A stretch of 63,979 nt of DNA, filler included, from Octopus bimaculoides (Eukaryota), in assembly GCF_001194135.2 (NCBI RefSeq). It is 7 parts of 5 records of this genome, joined end to end, with 100 filler letters (N's around TTAATTAATTAA, not from the genome) between each part and the next. Parts side by side here need not be neighbours in the genome. Positions count along the whole stretch, not along the records: positions 46,824 to 52,098 come from NC_069000.1; positions 52,199 to 60,413 come from NC_068983.1; positions 60,514 to 62,730 come from NC_068987.1; 4 more parts are not named here. The stretch is one strand, 5' to 3'. The notes beneath the pieces are model-generated. The model searched no databases and was not told the origin of the DNA. It saw only the letters and a list, made by a program, of their open reading frames with translations. This document shows, piece after piece, positions 49,353-62,730 of this stretch; within the stretch, counting starts at the first letter, position 1; every line of letters starts with the position of its first letter. Made by a program: the position numbers and the translations under genes.

Positions 49353-52300
49353 NNNNNNNNNNNNNNNNNNNNNNNNNNNNNNNNNNNNNNNNNNNNNNNN
49401 NNNNNNNNNNNNNNNNNNNNNNNNNNNNNNNNNNNNNNNNNNNNNNNNNNNNNNNNNNNNNNNNNNNNNNNNNNNNNNNNNNNNNNNNNNNNNNNNNNNN
49501 NNNNNNNNNNNNNNNNNNNNNNNNNNNNNNNNNNNNNNNNNNNNNNNNNNNNNNNNNNNNNNNNNNNNNNNNNNNNNNNNNNNNNNNNNNNNNNNNNNNN
49601 NNNNNNNNNNNNNNNNNNNNNNNNNNNNNNNNNNNNNNNNNNNNNNNNNNNNNNNNNNNNNNNNNNNNNNNNNNNNNNNNNNNNNNNNNNNNNNNNNNNN
49701 NNNNNNNNNNNNNNNNNNNNNNNNNNNNNNNNNNNNNNNNNNNNNNNNNNNNNNNNNNNNNNNNNNNNNNNNNNNNNNNNNNNNNNNNNNNNNNNNNNNN
49801 NNNNNNNNNNNNNNNNNNNNNNNNNNNNNNNNNNNNNNNNNNNNNNNNNNNNNNNNNNNNNNNNNNNNNNNNNNNNNNNNNNNNNNNNNNNNNNNNNNNN
49901 NNNNNNNNNNNNNNNNNNNNNNNNNNNNNNNNNNNNNNNNNNNNNNNNNNNNNNNNNNNNNNNNNNNNNNNNNNNNNNNNNNNNNNNNNNNNNNNNNNNN
50001 NNNNNNNNNNNNNNNNNNNNNNNNNNNNNNNNNNNNNNNNNNNNNNNNNNNNNNNNNNNNNNNNNNNNNNNNNNNNNNNNNNNNNNNNNNNNNNNNNNNN
50101 NNNNNNNNNNNNNNNNNNNNNNNNNNNNNNNNNNNNNNNNNNNNNNNNNNNNNNNNNNNNNNNNNNNNNNNNNNNNNNNNNNNNNNNNNNNNNNNNNNNN
50201 NNNNNNNNNNNNNNNNNNNNNNNNNNNNNNNNNNNNAGAGAGAGAGAGAAAGAGAGAGAGAGAAAGAGAGAGAGAGAAAGAGAGAGAGAGAAAGAGAGAG
50301 AGAGAGATGTACCTACAAAGCCACGCATAAATATATATAAGTATGCATATATATATATATGTATATGTGTATGCATACACACACACATTGAGATCTGTCT
50401 TTTAAAAAGTTTGGAAATGTGAGTTGCATTACTTTTCCTCATCTGGTAACAAATCACCAGAAGACTATACATGTCAAATATAAGGTCGATTGATCAATAT
50501 TTAGGGGCCCCACAGGGGATCAAAATATTGATCAATCAATCAATCAATGGCGGCCAAATTTTACCATCTTTTTTTTCATCTTCTTGGAGCAATAACTATA
50601 TTTTTTTTCTTTTAGCTGATTTTCATTCTGTCAGTTACTTTTTGCACAGAAAGAAAACACAATCTTATTGATTAAGAATATTTTTTATATAGTATCAGAT
50701 GGTTATAAAATTTGATTTAAAAATATAATCTTGAAAATTCTCATGAATATGAATTTTACATAGCTGAATATCTGATTTATTTAACATCTTATATGATATA
50801 ATGATATTATAATTAGTAGTAGTCATTGTAATATTCTTGTTTATCAGGTATATGATAACAGTTAAATTAGAATTAGGTCAGTTTGAAATTTGTTACCTTA
50901 AAATTTGCAAATCCTGTATTTAAGTAACAAAAAAAAAAAAATATAGAATAATTCAGCAGAGAAAATTGATGGAAAGCTTTATAACAGATATAACTTATAT
51001 GCCAGGATAGCTGTGGCTGTCTGAAACTTGCTTCCCAACCGCATGGTAATTATTTTCAATTGACTTTGGACAAATTTTAAAAGAAATCTTCATAACTTAT
51101 TTGACAAAGGTGAATATGATGCAGTCAAACAAGTAAGCAAAAACAAAACTAAGGATGATTGTGCAAAAATTGAGTGATCTAGAAATTTTAGAAGAGTTTT
51201 AGTGGATGCAAAGAGATTGTATTTAATTGAATTGGTTGAGAGTTAATATTCATTAAATTTAGAATAACGTCATTGACACTGATGACTATGACAGCAATGG
51301 TGGTGGTGTTGACAACCACAACAGCGATGACAATGATATATTTTGATAAATTCATATATTTAAACTGTCTTCCAATAAAAAATCACCATCTGGTTCAACA
51401 CTTCTTCATATATTGAGGCCAAGTCTCCGCTATTTCATGATCTTTCAGTATCTTGATACACCGATGCCTACTGCAACAAACCAGAAACTGTGGTTCTTCT
51501 TCTCATGTTGCCTTCACGAGTCTCTAAGGCATCAAATAAAGTCATTGGCATTGTTCTTCCTCTTCTCATTAAACCATATATTAATATATATATACTGGCT
51601 TCAAATTTTGGCACAAGGCCAACAGATCTTAGGCAATGGGATAAGTTGATTACATCGACCCCAGTGCCCAGCTGGTATTTATCTTATAGATCCTGATAGG
51701 ATGAAAGGCAAAGTCAATGGAATTTGAACTCAGAATGTAAAGATGGATGAAACACTGCTATGCATTTTGCCTGACATCCTAATGATTCTTATTTCTTTAT
51801 TGCCCACAAGGAGCTAAACATAGAGGGGACAAACAAGGACAGACAAAGGGATTAAGTCGATTATATCGACCCCAGTGCATAATTGGTACTTAATTTATCG
51901 ACCCCGAAAGGATGAATTTGAACTCAGAACGTAACGGCAGACGAAATACCACTAAGCGTTTCGCCCGGCATGCTAACGATTCTGCCAGCTCACAGCCCTA
52001 AACCACGTACATACATTCTTTTTTTCTTTTACTGGTTTCAGTCATTGGACAGCAGCCATGCTGGGGTACCACCTTAAAGAATTTTAGTGAATTGAATCNN
52101 NNNNNNNNNNNNNNNNNNNNNNNNNNNNNNNNNNNNNNNNNNTTAATTAATTAANNNNNNNNNNNNNNNNNNNNNNNNNNNNNNNNNNNNNNNNNNNNTG
52201 GTGATGGTGGTGGTGGTGATGGTGATGGTGGTGGTGGTGATGGTGATGGTGGTGGTGGTGGTGGTGATGGTGGTGGTGATATTGTCGCTGCTGCTGCTGT

Positions 52301-53280
52301 TGCTGCTGGTTCAAGTGATCATGTGGTGTTGCTGTCATGGTGGTGGTGGTGGTGGTGATGGTGACAGTTTAGCTCCACTTCAATCCATATTAAACAGACT
52401 AGTGATAAAAGTGTATACGTCTATATTGCCCAATGTGACCTTCATTTTTTCTTATATTTAGAAATGATAAACATATAATCTGAAGGGATTTGGCTGCTAT
52501 TTCTAACAAATCAAAAGACCACATAGAATGCTACTCACGATAGTGCTGGTGAGCAGTATTTTTCTCGACTCTTCTGAGTTCAAATTTCGCCAGAGTCAAC
52601 TTTGCCCTTCATTTATTTGGAGTAGTTAAAAAAGTACCAGTCAAGTACTTGAATTGATATAATTTGACTTACCCAGCTCCCCCCAAAATTGCTGGCCTTG
52701 TGCCAAAATTTGAAATCGTTCTTGATGTCATGCTAGGTCATGAGGATGTTGATGGTGGTGTTGGTTGAGTAGTATTAGCAGTGTGGTGGTGGTGGTCACA
52801 TCAGCCTTAGGAAAATCTGCCTCAACAAATTATCTAACCCGTGCATGCAAGCATAGAAAAGTGGACATAAAATGATAGTGATGATGATGATGATGTAGGT
52901 GTTGATGACGATGATGATAATGAAGAGGAGGAGGAGGAGGAGGAGGAGGAGGAGGAGATGGAGGTGGTAGGTGTAATGATGATGACGATGACGATGACGA
53001 TGATGATGAGGAGGAGGAGGAAGAGGATGGTGGTGCTGGTAGTGTGGTGATGACGATGATGTTGGTGGTGGTGGTGCTGGTGATAGTTTTACACTCAACC
53101 AGTGGTTTTACACTGGGTGAAATGGGTTATCTTGTATTCATAAAGGGCTATTATTCTTCCTCATTAATATTCCTAAAATGTTGCACACAATTGCTGGACA
53201 ATCATTGTCCTTATACGGAGTTCAGTTCATCCTTTTTTGCACTGGCCATGCTTTATTTAGTTTGATTTCAGGCCAATCTG

Positions 53281-54075
53281 GTGTGGGTACTGGTTTACTT
53301 CCCAATGACCTGATCATGTAAGACAATGGTCCTCAATTAGGGTCCACATGACCCTTGTGGGAGGGGTCATACAAGATTTTGCTATTAAAATTAATCCACA
53401 ATAGATCAGTTATACTTCTACAATGCACAGAATATTTTAACACTGAGAGAGAGAGGCCCTTTGTTGCCAGCAGAAGTAGGAGCTCTCTGAACTCTTTGCC
53501 CATCCTAATCTTATTCTCACAGCTACACTCTCAGAGCATCCACCTTCACTACTAACTTGGTTACCTAGATAACAGAAGATATCTACCACCTCTAGCTTGC
53601 CTCCCTGACAGTTGATGGAGTCTATTTTCTGCACATTTTCAGCGTTTATTGTACCTGTGCATCTTCCACATACAAAAGCTAGTTTCTCTGTTAACCTTCC
53701 TCTGATATTGCTGCACCCTTTATGTGTCCAAAGCTTACAACAGGTGCATCTTATGGAGTTTCTACCTATGCCTTTTCTACAGATTGAGCAGGGTCATCTA
53801 TCTGATGGGATTTGTGATTTGTCTGCTTTCCTACTTATTAAGACTTTGGTTTCTGCTAGGTTAACTCTAAGGCCCTTCGATTCTTGACCTTGCTTCCATT
53901 ACTAGAACTTCTCTAGTTCTGGCAGTGACTCAGCTATTAGAGCAAAGTCATCGGCATAGAGGAGCTCCCAGGGGCAGCCTGTCTTAAATTCCTCTGTTAT
54001 TGCCTGGAGGTCTATGATGAGTAAAAGGAGGCTGAGCACCAATCCTTGGTGAACCCCTACTTGTACCCTGAGCAC
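53281..54075 (-). mobile_element. RTE-clade LINE reverse transcriptase fragment, 5'-truncated
   Basis: VGVHQGLVLS...CPWELLYADDFALIAES; LEVVDIFCYLGNQVSSEGGCSESVAVRIRLGWAK. Confidence 0.9.
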
Positions 54076-54147
54076 TATATAATTAGCTTGTTGTGTGTGT
54101 GTGTGTGTGTGTAGATAGATGGATAGATAGATAGATAGATAGATAGA

Positions 54148-54536
54148 TTGTTGTTGTTGGCACTCCGTCGCTTACGATGTCGAGGGTTCCAGTTGATCCG
54201 ATCAACAGAACAGCCTGCTCGTGAAATTAACGTGCAAGTGGCTGAGCACTCCACAGACACATGTACCCTTAACGTAGTTCTCGGGGATATTCAGCGTGAC
54301 ACAGTGTGACAAGGCTGACCCTTTGAATTACAGGCACAACAGAAACAGGAAGTAAGAATGAGAGAAAGTTGTAGTGAAAGAGTACAGCAGGGGTCGCCAC
54401 CATCCCCTGCCGGAGCCTCATGGAGCTTTAGGTACTTTCGCTCAATAAACACTCACAACGCCCGGTCTGGGAATCGAAACCACAATCCTATGACCGCGAG
54501 TCCGCTGCCCTAACCACTGGGCCATTGTGCCTCCAC
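54148..54536 (-). mobile_element. tRNA-derived SINE (same family as 40064-40442)
   Basis: Near-identical head, body and (AAC)n tail. Confidence 0.9.
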
Positions 54537-55001
54537 AGATAGAGAGATGGTTAGATAAAAATTTATAAAGCAGGATGTGATTTGTGATTAAGGCCTGTAC
54601 ATTCTATCTTCTTGCTTTATAAATTTTTATATAAATTCTGCATACACTAACTGATTTCTTCAAGTAAATCCAGTAAAAGTAGTATTCATGCGGTATGATA
54701 GCATATGGTAGCCAATAAATGTATAAGAGCTTTGAAATGCACTTTATGAGGGTATTATCCAGATGATATTAAATATCTACGTGTGTTTCCATAAGTCACA
54801 TGTTTCTTACAATCATAGACCATATTCCTGAGGTGATTACAAAACAGTCTGAAGTCTCCATGGATATTGAGTGGATCATATTCATGTGCTCGTTTCCTCA
54901 GGTGAAGCCCAAAATAACTGCGATTGCTAGTTGGCATCATTAGGCTGGAGCTGGCATAATAAAATAGAAGCTTTTATATGCATATTCAGAAATGTTTCCC
55001 A

Positions 55002-55412
55002 GGTGCAGAAGTGGCTGTGTGGTAAGTAGCTTGCTTACCAACCACATGGTTCCGGGTTCATTCCCACTGTTTGGCACCTTGGGCAAGTGTCTTCTACTAT
55101 AGCCTCGGGCCAACCAGAGCCTTGTGAGTGGATTTGGTAGATGGAAACTGAAAGAAGCCCATCATATATATGTATATATATATATATGTGTGTGTATATA
55201 TTTGTGTGTCTGTGTTTGTCCCTCCAACATTGCTTGACAAATAATGGTGGTGTGTTTGCGTCCCCGTAACTTAATGGTTCGGCAAAAGAGACCAATAGAA
55301 TAAGTACTAGGCTTACAAAGAATAAGTCCTGGGGTCGATTTACTTGACTAAAGGCAGTGCTCCAGCATTGCCACAGTCAAAGGACTGAAACAAGTAAAAG
55401 AGTAAAAGAGAG
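55002..55412 (+). mobile_element. tRNA-derived SINE with internal (TA/TG)n, full length
   Basis: GTGGCTGTGTGGTAAG...GGTTCCGGGTTCATTCCC head; tail GACTGAAACAAGTAAAAGAGTAAAAGAG. Confidence 0.9.
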
Positions 55413-55770
55413 TATAAACACGCATATATATACATGTATATATACACATATATACATGTATATATATGTGTGTTTGTGCCATCATTTGTGTTTCCCCCCC
55501 CCACTCCACACACTCTACTTGACAACTGATGTCAGTTTATTTACACACCCATAACTTAGTGGTTCAGCAAAAGCAGCCACCAGAATATATAACAGACTTA
55601 GAAATTAGCTTTGGCTCAATTTGTTCAGCTAAATCCTTCAAGGCGGTGCCTGAATATGGCAGCAGTAAAAAGTTNNNNNNNNNNNNNNNNNNNNNNNNNN
55701 NNNNNNNNNNNNNNNNNNNNNNNNNNNNNNNNNNNNNNNNNNNNNNNNNNNNNNNNNNNNNNNNNNNNNN

Positions 55771-55820
<50 letters not shown>

Positions 55821-56109
55821 TGTGTGTGTGTATTTGTTCACAGTTGAGCTCTGTAAAAGTTGTGAACTATACACTGTGTTGTTGCTGTCACTTTTGTAAA
55901 ACAAATCATCTGCTTGCTTCATGCTTTGTGGAGAACAGGCAAAGTTTATTGATAAGAAGATTATCCAGCGGTAAAATGTTTTTGCTTTAAACATCAACAA
56001 AGCCTTGAACCATATCTGGACAGACAAATCAATTGGAAACTTCCTATATGTATACACACATATATATATATATATATATAGATTCCAACCATTGGTAGCT
56101 TCCTATTGG

Positions 56110-56960
56110 ATCACACCATTGCAGCATTTGTTGATGGAACTGTGTCTGCCCAGTTGTATATGTGTTTGGACTTATTTTTGTCTCTGTCTTGCTTCCTTCT
56201 ATACATCAAAGACCTAATTGCCACCATACCCAACAACACCCATTCTTATGCAGATGGCATGAGTCTTCATCCCTCCCAAACCTTCCTCCAGCCAGGCACC
56301 ATCAAGCACAACCTAGACACCACACGCTAAATCACAAATGATTCCTTAAACAGAGACCTTGAAAGCATCCCCCAATAAGGCTATGCCATCTTTATTTCTT
56401 TTAAAGCAAAGTAGCTCAAATTCTTCTTGTACCAAGAAAACACCAAAGCACTATATACACCCTTTTTAAGCATTTGAAGCACTCAGTTAGAGTGCTCCAT
56501 ATCACCCCATGTGTTAAATCTCACTATCACTGAGGATCTCACATAGTAAAATCACATCTTTATCATAGCTAGGATCACATCCCAAAAACTAACTCTCCTC
56601 TTTAGGGTCACAGGATATTTCAGCTCCCAACAACTGCTGGCACTCTACAAAGTTCAAGTGAGGTTCACAGTGGAATATTTCTCTCTTTATATGGAGTTAT
56701 GCTGCTGCTCTACACACTGACAGCTAGGACTGCATCTAGAGTGGCCATTCAGCTTGAGTGTATCTGTTAGTGATGAGATACTCATCCATCTCTAGTGAGA
56801 CACACTCCAGTCACTGAACCAGCCACTGGACCAGCCACTTCAGCCACTGGACCAGCCACTTCAGCCACTGGTCCATATCCTCCAAATATTGGCCTCTGAA
56901 AGGTTTCTCTACCCAGCATTATGTACCAGTATAGGCTAGTGGATAATTTTTTTATCAAGA
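56110..56960 (+). mobile_element. Highly degenerate CR1/Jockey-group LINE RT fragment
   Basis: FLLYIKDL...THSYADG; LNLTITEDLT; SQKLTLLFRVTGYFSSQQLLALYKVQVRFTVEY. Confidence 0.7.
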
Positions 56961-57392
56961 TTTCTTATCTGTTACTATGCTGCTTCTTTTGGCTTTGCCT
57001 GTAACCCTAGACAGGAGAGGTGTATTTTATTCCACCTTTTTTTTTTACACTCAAGTATAATGTTCGTCCCTTTCTGGACTTCTATTCACTATCTACACTC
57101 CCATCAAATCATATGTACCACCAATCACCTTTCTGCACTTGTTTGCTATTCACTACATCCACTCCTCAACCTGAACCAATCTCTACAGCCATCACCTGCT
57201 CTTCCCTGCTTTCGATCCATAATATTAGTATCACTGATCACTCCTCAACCCTAAAAATCTACTCATCCATTTCATTTAGATACTCCCCAGGACAACTCCC
57301 AATCCAAGTCAGAATAAAAAAATACACCAACCAAAAATCAAAAACAAAACTGCTCTAAAAGATTATAACTTAATCCTATACATCTCCTAATA

Positions 57393-57778
57393 TGTTGTTG
57401 GCACTCCGTCGCTTACGACGTCGAGGGTTCCAGTTGATCCTATCAACGGAACAGCCTACTAGTGAAATTAACATGCAAGTGGCTGAGCAATCCACAGACA
57501 CGTGTACCCTTAACGTAGTTCTCGGGGATATTCAGCGTGACACAGTGTGACAAGGCTGGCCCTTTGAATTACAGGCACAACAGAAACAGGAAGTAAGAGT
57601 GAGAAAAAGTTGTGGTGAAAGAGTACAGCAGGGTTTTCCACCATCCCCTGCCGGAGACTCGTGGAGCTTTAAGGTGTTTTTGCTCAATAAACACTCACAA
57701 CGCCCGATCTGGGAATCGAAACCGCGATCCTATGACCGCGAGTCTGCTGCCCTAACCACTGGGCCATTGCGCCTCCAC
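57393..57778 (-). mobile_element. tRNA-derived SINE (same family as 40064-40442), with TSD
   Basis: 11-bp TSD TCCTAATATGT (57385-57395 / 57779-57789). Confidence 0.9.
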
Positions 57779-58363
57779 TCCTAATATGTAAAAAAAGACA
57801 AATAAACAAATCAATAATAGATATTGCCAAACTAACAACACCCGCTAACTCAGTCATTCCTCATTTTTCTTGTATACCCTTGCAACCCCTACCCACCAAC
57901 TCTCCCTGTTATTCTATCCCCATTCACTTCTACTCACTTCACATCTTGAGGATCCACTCTGACCTCTTCATTTTATCACTTTTTCTATCTATACCTTGGT
58001 CATTCCCACCTACTCCTCTATGATATGAACAGCCATGTGGTTCCTTCCTCTACAGCAAGATTCCTGTCCTTGTTCTAGTCCCCCTCTTTCGTGCCCTAAC
58101 TCCTCATATTCTAACATGATGCTGTCTCCTTCTCCACTGTAGCCACACTCAGTCAAGGGAGCTTGTCATGCAAGTTGATGACCACTCCAGAGCTGGTGTC
58201 ATGGAAATGATAGCCAATACAATCTGTAAAGTGGTTGGCTTTAGTAAGGGGTTCCAGTCATAGAAACTATGCCAAAGCAGACAACAGAGCACAACACAGT
58301 CCTTGGAACTGTTGGACCCTGTCAAACCATCCTCCTTACGCCAGTATAGAAAACAGACATTAG

Positions 58364-58745
58364 CTGATGATGGTGATGATGATGACGATGATGACGACGA
58401 CAACGACAACGATGCCAACAACAACAATGATGACAGTGATGACAACAATGACAGCAATGACTATGACAATGATGAAGACGATGACAGCAATGATATTGAA
58501 GATGATGACGATGATGATGATGATGATGACGATGATGATGATGATGACGATGATGTTGATGATGACAGCAATCATTATGATAATGATGATGATGATAACA
58601 ACTGATGTAAGCAACAACGATGGTGACGACGATGATGATGATTATGAAGACATCGTTGATGATAGAGACAGTGATGACGATGACAACGACGATGATGATG
58701 ATGATGATGATGACAACGACAACAATGATGATGACGATGATGGTT
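58364..58745 (+). repeat. Degenerate (GAT/GAC/AAC)n trinucleotide expansion
   Basis: Follows a retroposon-like 3' end (...GAAAACAGACATTAGCTGATGATG); reads as poly-Asp only in a short ORF. Confidence 0.85.
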
Positions 58746-59032
58746 GTACATGAATGAATACAATATACATTCAATCTGTTATTTCTCTATTATATCGGAT
58801 TTAATGTCTCATTGTTGTCTGTATGAATTGAATTGAGTTCAAATCCTACAAGGATCAACTTTACTTTTCATCCATTTAATGTCTAGTAAAAAAAAAAGTT
58901 CCAATAATAGAATGACTCAATTCAATTAATGCTGCTTAGGTCATGCTTCTTCTCCTCTAATCATTGCTGCCCCCCACCAACACCAACCCCCATCACTGCA
59001 CATTTCAAAGTATGTTTTTCTCCACCATACAG

Positions 59033-59068
<36 letters not shown>

Positions 59069-59211
59069 ATATGTGTGTGAGTGTCTGTGTATATATGAAT
59101 ANNNNNNNNNNNNNNNNNNNNNNNNNNNNNNNNNNNNNNNNNNNNNNNNNNNNNNNNNNNNNNNNNNNNNNNNNNNNNNNNNNNNNNNNNNNNNNNNNNN
59201 NNNNNNNNNNN

Positions 59212-59417
59212 GGTTTGGTTACAGTTATGTATATTTAGTTATACTACAGATTATAAGAACACAAGAATATATGCACCTATATCTATCAATCTATGTGTGT
59301 TTGTATTTATATATATATATATATACAAACATACATAGATTGATAGATATAGGTGCATATATTCTTGTGTTCTTATAATCTGTAGTATAACTAAATATAC
59401 ATAACTGTAACCAAACC
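59212..59417. repeat. ~206-bp near-perfect palindrome centred on (AT)n
   Basis: Arms differ at 2 positions; the same peptide appears in the ORF track on both strands; the left arm starts at the edge of an N gap. Confidence 0.9.
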
Positions 59418-60057
59418 CAGACAACATTCTTACAGCAACAACAACAACAACAACCAACACCACATCGACCACTACCACAACCAAACCAACATGATGGCTT
59501 CATCTCTTCCTTTATTACGTAAAGAATAAATCAGTGTGGTAGAAAGCATCCAAGTATTCACCATTACTTTATCAACCACCACAGCCATCATCATATAACC
59601 ACTACCATCGCCATCACTGGGTGAATGCAAATATATTTTTAGAAGGCGACTTCAATATCGGCTGCAACAACAACAGCAAGAACAGCGACAACAGTAACAA
59701 CAACAACAACAACAACAAGTGTAAAAGAAAGAAAACACTTTTGCAGAAATTATTCAGTAGCCAGTGTCTTATGAGAAATAACTTGATGGAGGCATCTGAC
59801 TATTGATTCCGTTAACTGTATAGATGATGAATGCATATGCATTGATCAGGAGGAGATTAAAGCAGCAAGGCAATTGATGGATTATTCTAGATAATTCTAG
59901 TTCCATCACAATATCTAAAATAACTACAAGAGCAATGATTTATTTATTTATTTATTTATTTATTCTTTTGCCTTTCCGAAATTTCAACAGAAATATTTTT
60001 TCTATGAAATTAATCAATTTTGGGAATTTGCTTAAATTTATAATCAAGTTTCCTATA

Positions 60058-60413
60058 ATGTTATATTATTATTATTATCATTATTATTATTATTATTATT
60101 ATTGTTCAGTAGTTTTATTTTTATAACGTGCTTTCACTTCACTACCGAGCGCAGCTCTGTGCGCCTTGGGTATGTGCTGTGGTTTGCTGTGGGTGCTCTT
60201 ATGTTTACTGTATTGAAAGTGTTTTGCGTAGAATGTGTGCAGTACCCAGTAGTGCAATTTTCTGTATGTTATATATATTTGTAAGTCCTGGTGTTTTTAT
60301 GTATTTGTCTGAATATTTTTTTATTATACCTAAGGCACCTACTATGATAGGAATTGTTTCTGTTTTTAGATTCCACATTCGAGTTATCTCTATTTCCAGG
60401 TCTTTGTATTTTG
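60058..60413 (-). mobile_element. R4/Dong-like non-LTR retrotransposon 3' end with (TAA)n tail
   Basis: 60205-60413 encodes KYKDLEIEITRMWNLKTETIPIIVGALG...IQKIALLGTAHILRKTL*, a restriction-like endonuclease C-terminus; followed by 3' UTR and TAA repeats. Confidence 0.85.
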
Positions 60414-60590
60414 NNNNNNNNNNNNNNNNNNNNNNNNNNNNNNNNNNNNNNNNNNNNTTAATTAATTAANNNNNNNNNNNNNNNNNNNNNNNNNNNNNNN
60501 NNNNNNNNNNNNNGTACTTCGAGCTGTGCGGATAATACTGGACTGACTTCGTGGTTCAACTTAAGTACCTGATTCAAGTGAATCTCAATG

Positions 60591-60633
<43 letters not shown>

Positions 60634-60652
60634 AGTGTGGAGTGGTAAATTA

Positions 60653-61856
60653 CACTGGGAAACAAAAAAAAATATTTATTGTCTGCTACCCAGACAAATG
60701 GTGATATACCAAACTAAATCGAGTACGCTGATTGCCAATTCTGAACTCAGAATTACTATAGCACGGCGAGATTTTGAGTTATGCGCATAATTATATATTA
60801 ATGCTATATTAGAATCAGGAATAGTTAAGTTCAAGATAAATCATTTTTATAATAGTATATTAGTACTGTATATAGTAAATTTATGTTCAAGGCAAATAGC
60901 ATTATGATATAATGGTACAGAGTATATTTATGTTAAGGGAATACTAACTTTATTTTCGATATGCTAAACTCAGAAATGTTCGAGACACTTGCACTTGCGC
61001 TTATGCGTCGTGCTGGTCTCCCGTTGTAGGAACCAATGGTAGTCACGTGGATCGAACCGGCTTTGATATCTCGTCTCCATTTCAGATATGTCCTAGTGGA
61101 TCCTTTCCCCATGCTCATCGCTAATGACACCAAGATTCATTGTAAAAGGATCGAGATGAGTGAGAATGCAAGAAGTGCATTTTAAGGGACATTCGGCATC
61201 CCATTCTTTCATACGCTGTTAGCATGTTGTTTATTAAATCAGCATAGTTTTCAGCTCTATGATTTCCATGAAAGTTCTGTGCAACTAATACGAATGAATC
61301 CCATGCCGTCAGCTCAACTGAATTCCGTTTACCTCTGAATTTGCTATCAGATATCAATTCTCTGATATTGGATCCAATGAAAATGCCTGCTTTAAGTTTT
61401 GCGTCAACAAAAGTTGCCTGGGTGATTCACACAGCCTCTCCTATTCATGATCTAATACAATGAACACAGGTAAAACAGTAATCACGCAGAGCGAGAGATA
61501 CACATACCACACGTGACGACAGCGCAAACAACAATGAGAGTTACCAAGAACAAACTGACGTATTTGACATAGCACACAATACGTCAGCGCCATCTATTGC
61601 TAAACTAAATGATGGACTTCTTCGTTTGTTTTATTGCTGCTATTTCTTTAATTTTGAATTAAGATCACTTTCATTTAAGCAAATTTTATAATACGGCCTC
61701 TATCTAGCCGAAAGTATAGTTATAATCTTGTGCATGCGCATAACTCAAAATCCTGACGTACTTGAACAATTCTGAGTGCGGATTCGGAATCAGCATCCTC
61801 AATTTTGTCTAAAACACATGCTTTTACCTCAGTATTAAAATCTTTGTTCGCCAGTG
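60653..61856 (-). mobile_element. Internally deleted Chapaev3-like (CMC superfamily) DNA transposon
   Basis: Termini CACTGGGAAACAAA / TTTGTTCGCCAGTG, TTA TSD on both sides, imperfect subterminal inversion. Transposase remnant ~60990-61410: KLKAGIFIG...MGCRMSLKMHFLHSH...LGVISDEHGERIH. Confidence 0.85.
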
Positions 61857-62054
61857 TTATCAATCAACGGACATGCCTGAATGAAAGAGTATAGCTTAAA
61901 CTCTTAATTTCTGGTCTCCAGTAATAAAAGGTCCCTTCCGTTCAGCCATATCTGATGATTTTTAATTTACATTTCCACTTTAGGAAGGTCTCCTCCGCAT
62001 GAAACCGTTCAATAACATGAATCGGCTGTTATGGGACTGAAATTATAATATTAC

Positions 62055-62120
<66 letters not shown>

Positions 62121-62683
62121 CATTACACTTATCTGTTCATCATCTGTTACAAGTGTGTTTTTTTTCTTCCAATGAATATTAACGCTTGACACATCAACAG
62201 AATAAGCCTTTAATTACTTTTCGCTGAACTTCTCGATTATTTTCCTTTTATTACCAACATAAACGGTTCTTCTTCAAATTCTCTTAAGTTTTCATTCCCC
62301 TTTGTTGTTCGAAACCTTATTTCGCTTTGTATCAACAATTAACCAAACAATATTTATTTGATAATGAAAATTTCAAGCTTATCTCTCCTTCATTAAATAA
62401 TTATTTACTTTTAATCGATCTATTAAAGGTTTGAAATACTAACGATATTGTCATTAATCACCCTACGAATATAACTCTGCCTTTCAATTTTTAATGAAAA
62501 TCTGATTTTAAATTTATTATTCGCAATTTACAATTTAAGTTAAATCTTTTCCCACGTGTAAATTTCAAAATTATCCTATTAGAATCCCGGTATATGAGTG
62601 AATCTAATATAATCGCATGCACTTATCAGATATATTGTGTACATGTGCATATGTGCACACGCCCACGTATGTGCATGTATATA

Positions 62684-62730
<47 letters not shown>

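Noticed and set aside
54755-54940. Complex-looking 61-aa ORF (LRKRAHEYDPLNIHGDFRLFCNHL)
   Set aside because: No recognisable family or convincing splice sites; both strands are partly open.
58303-58753. Poly-Asp, poly-His and poly-Ile ORFs (biomineralisation-like acidic protein?)
   Set aside because: Expanded (GAT)n retroposon tail; interrupted by a stop and without a signal peptide or splice support.
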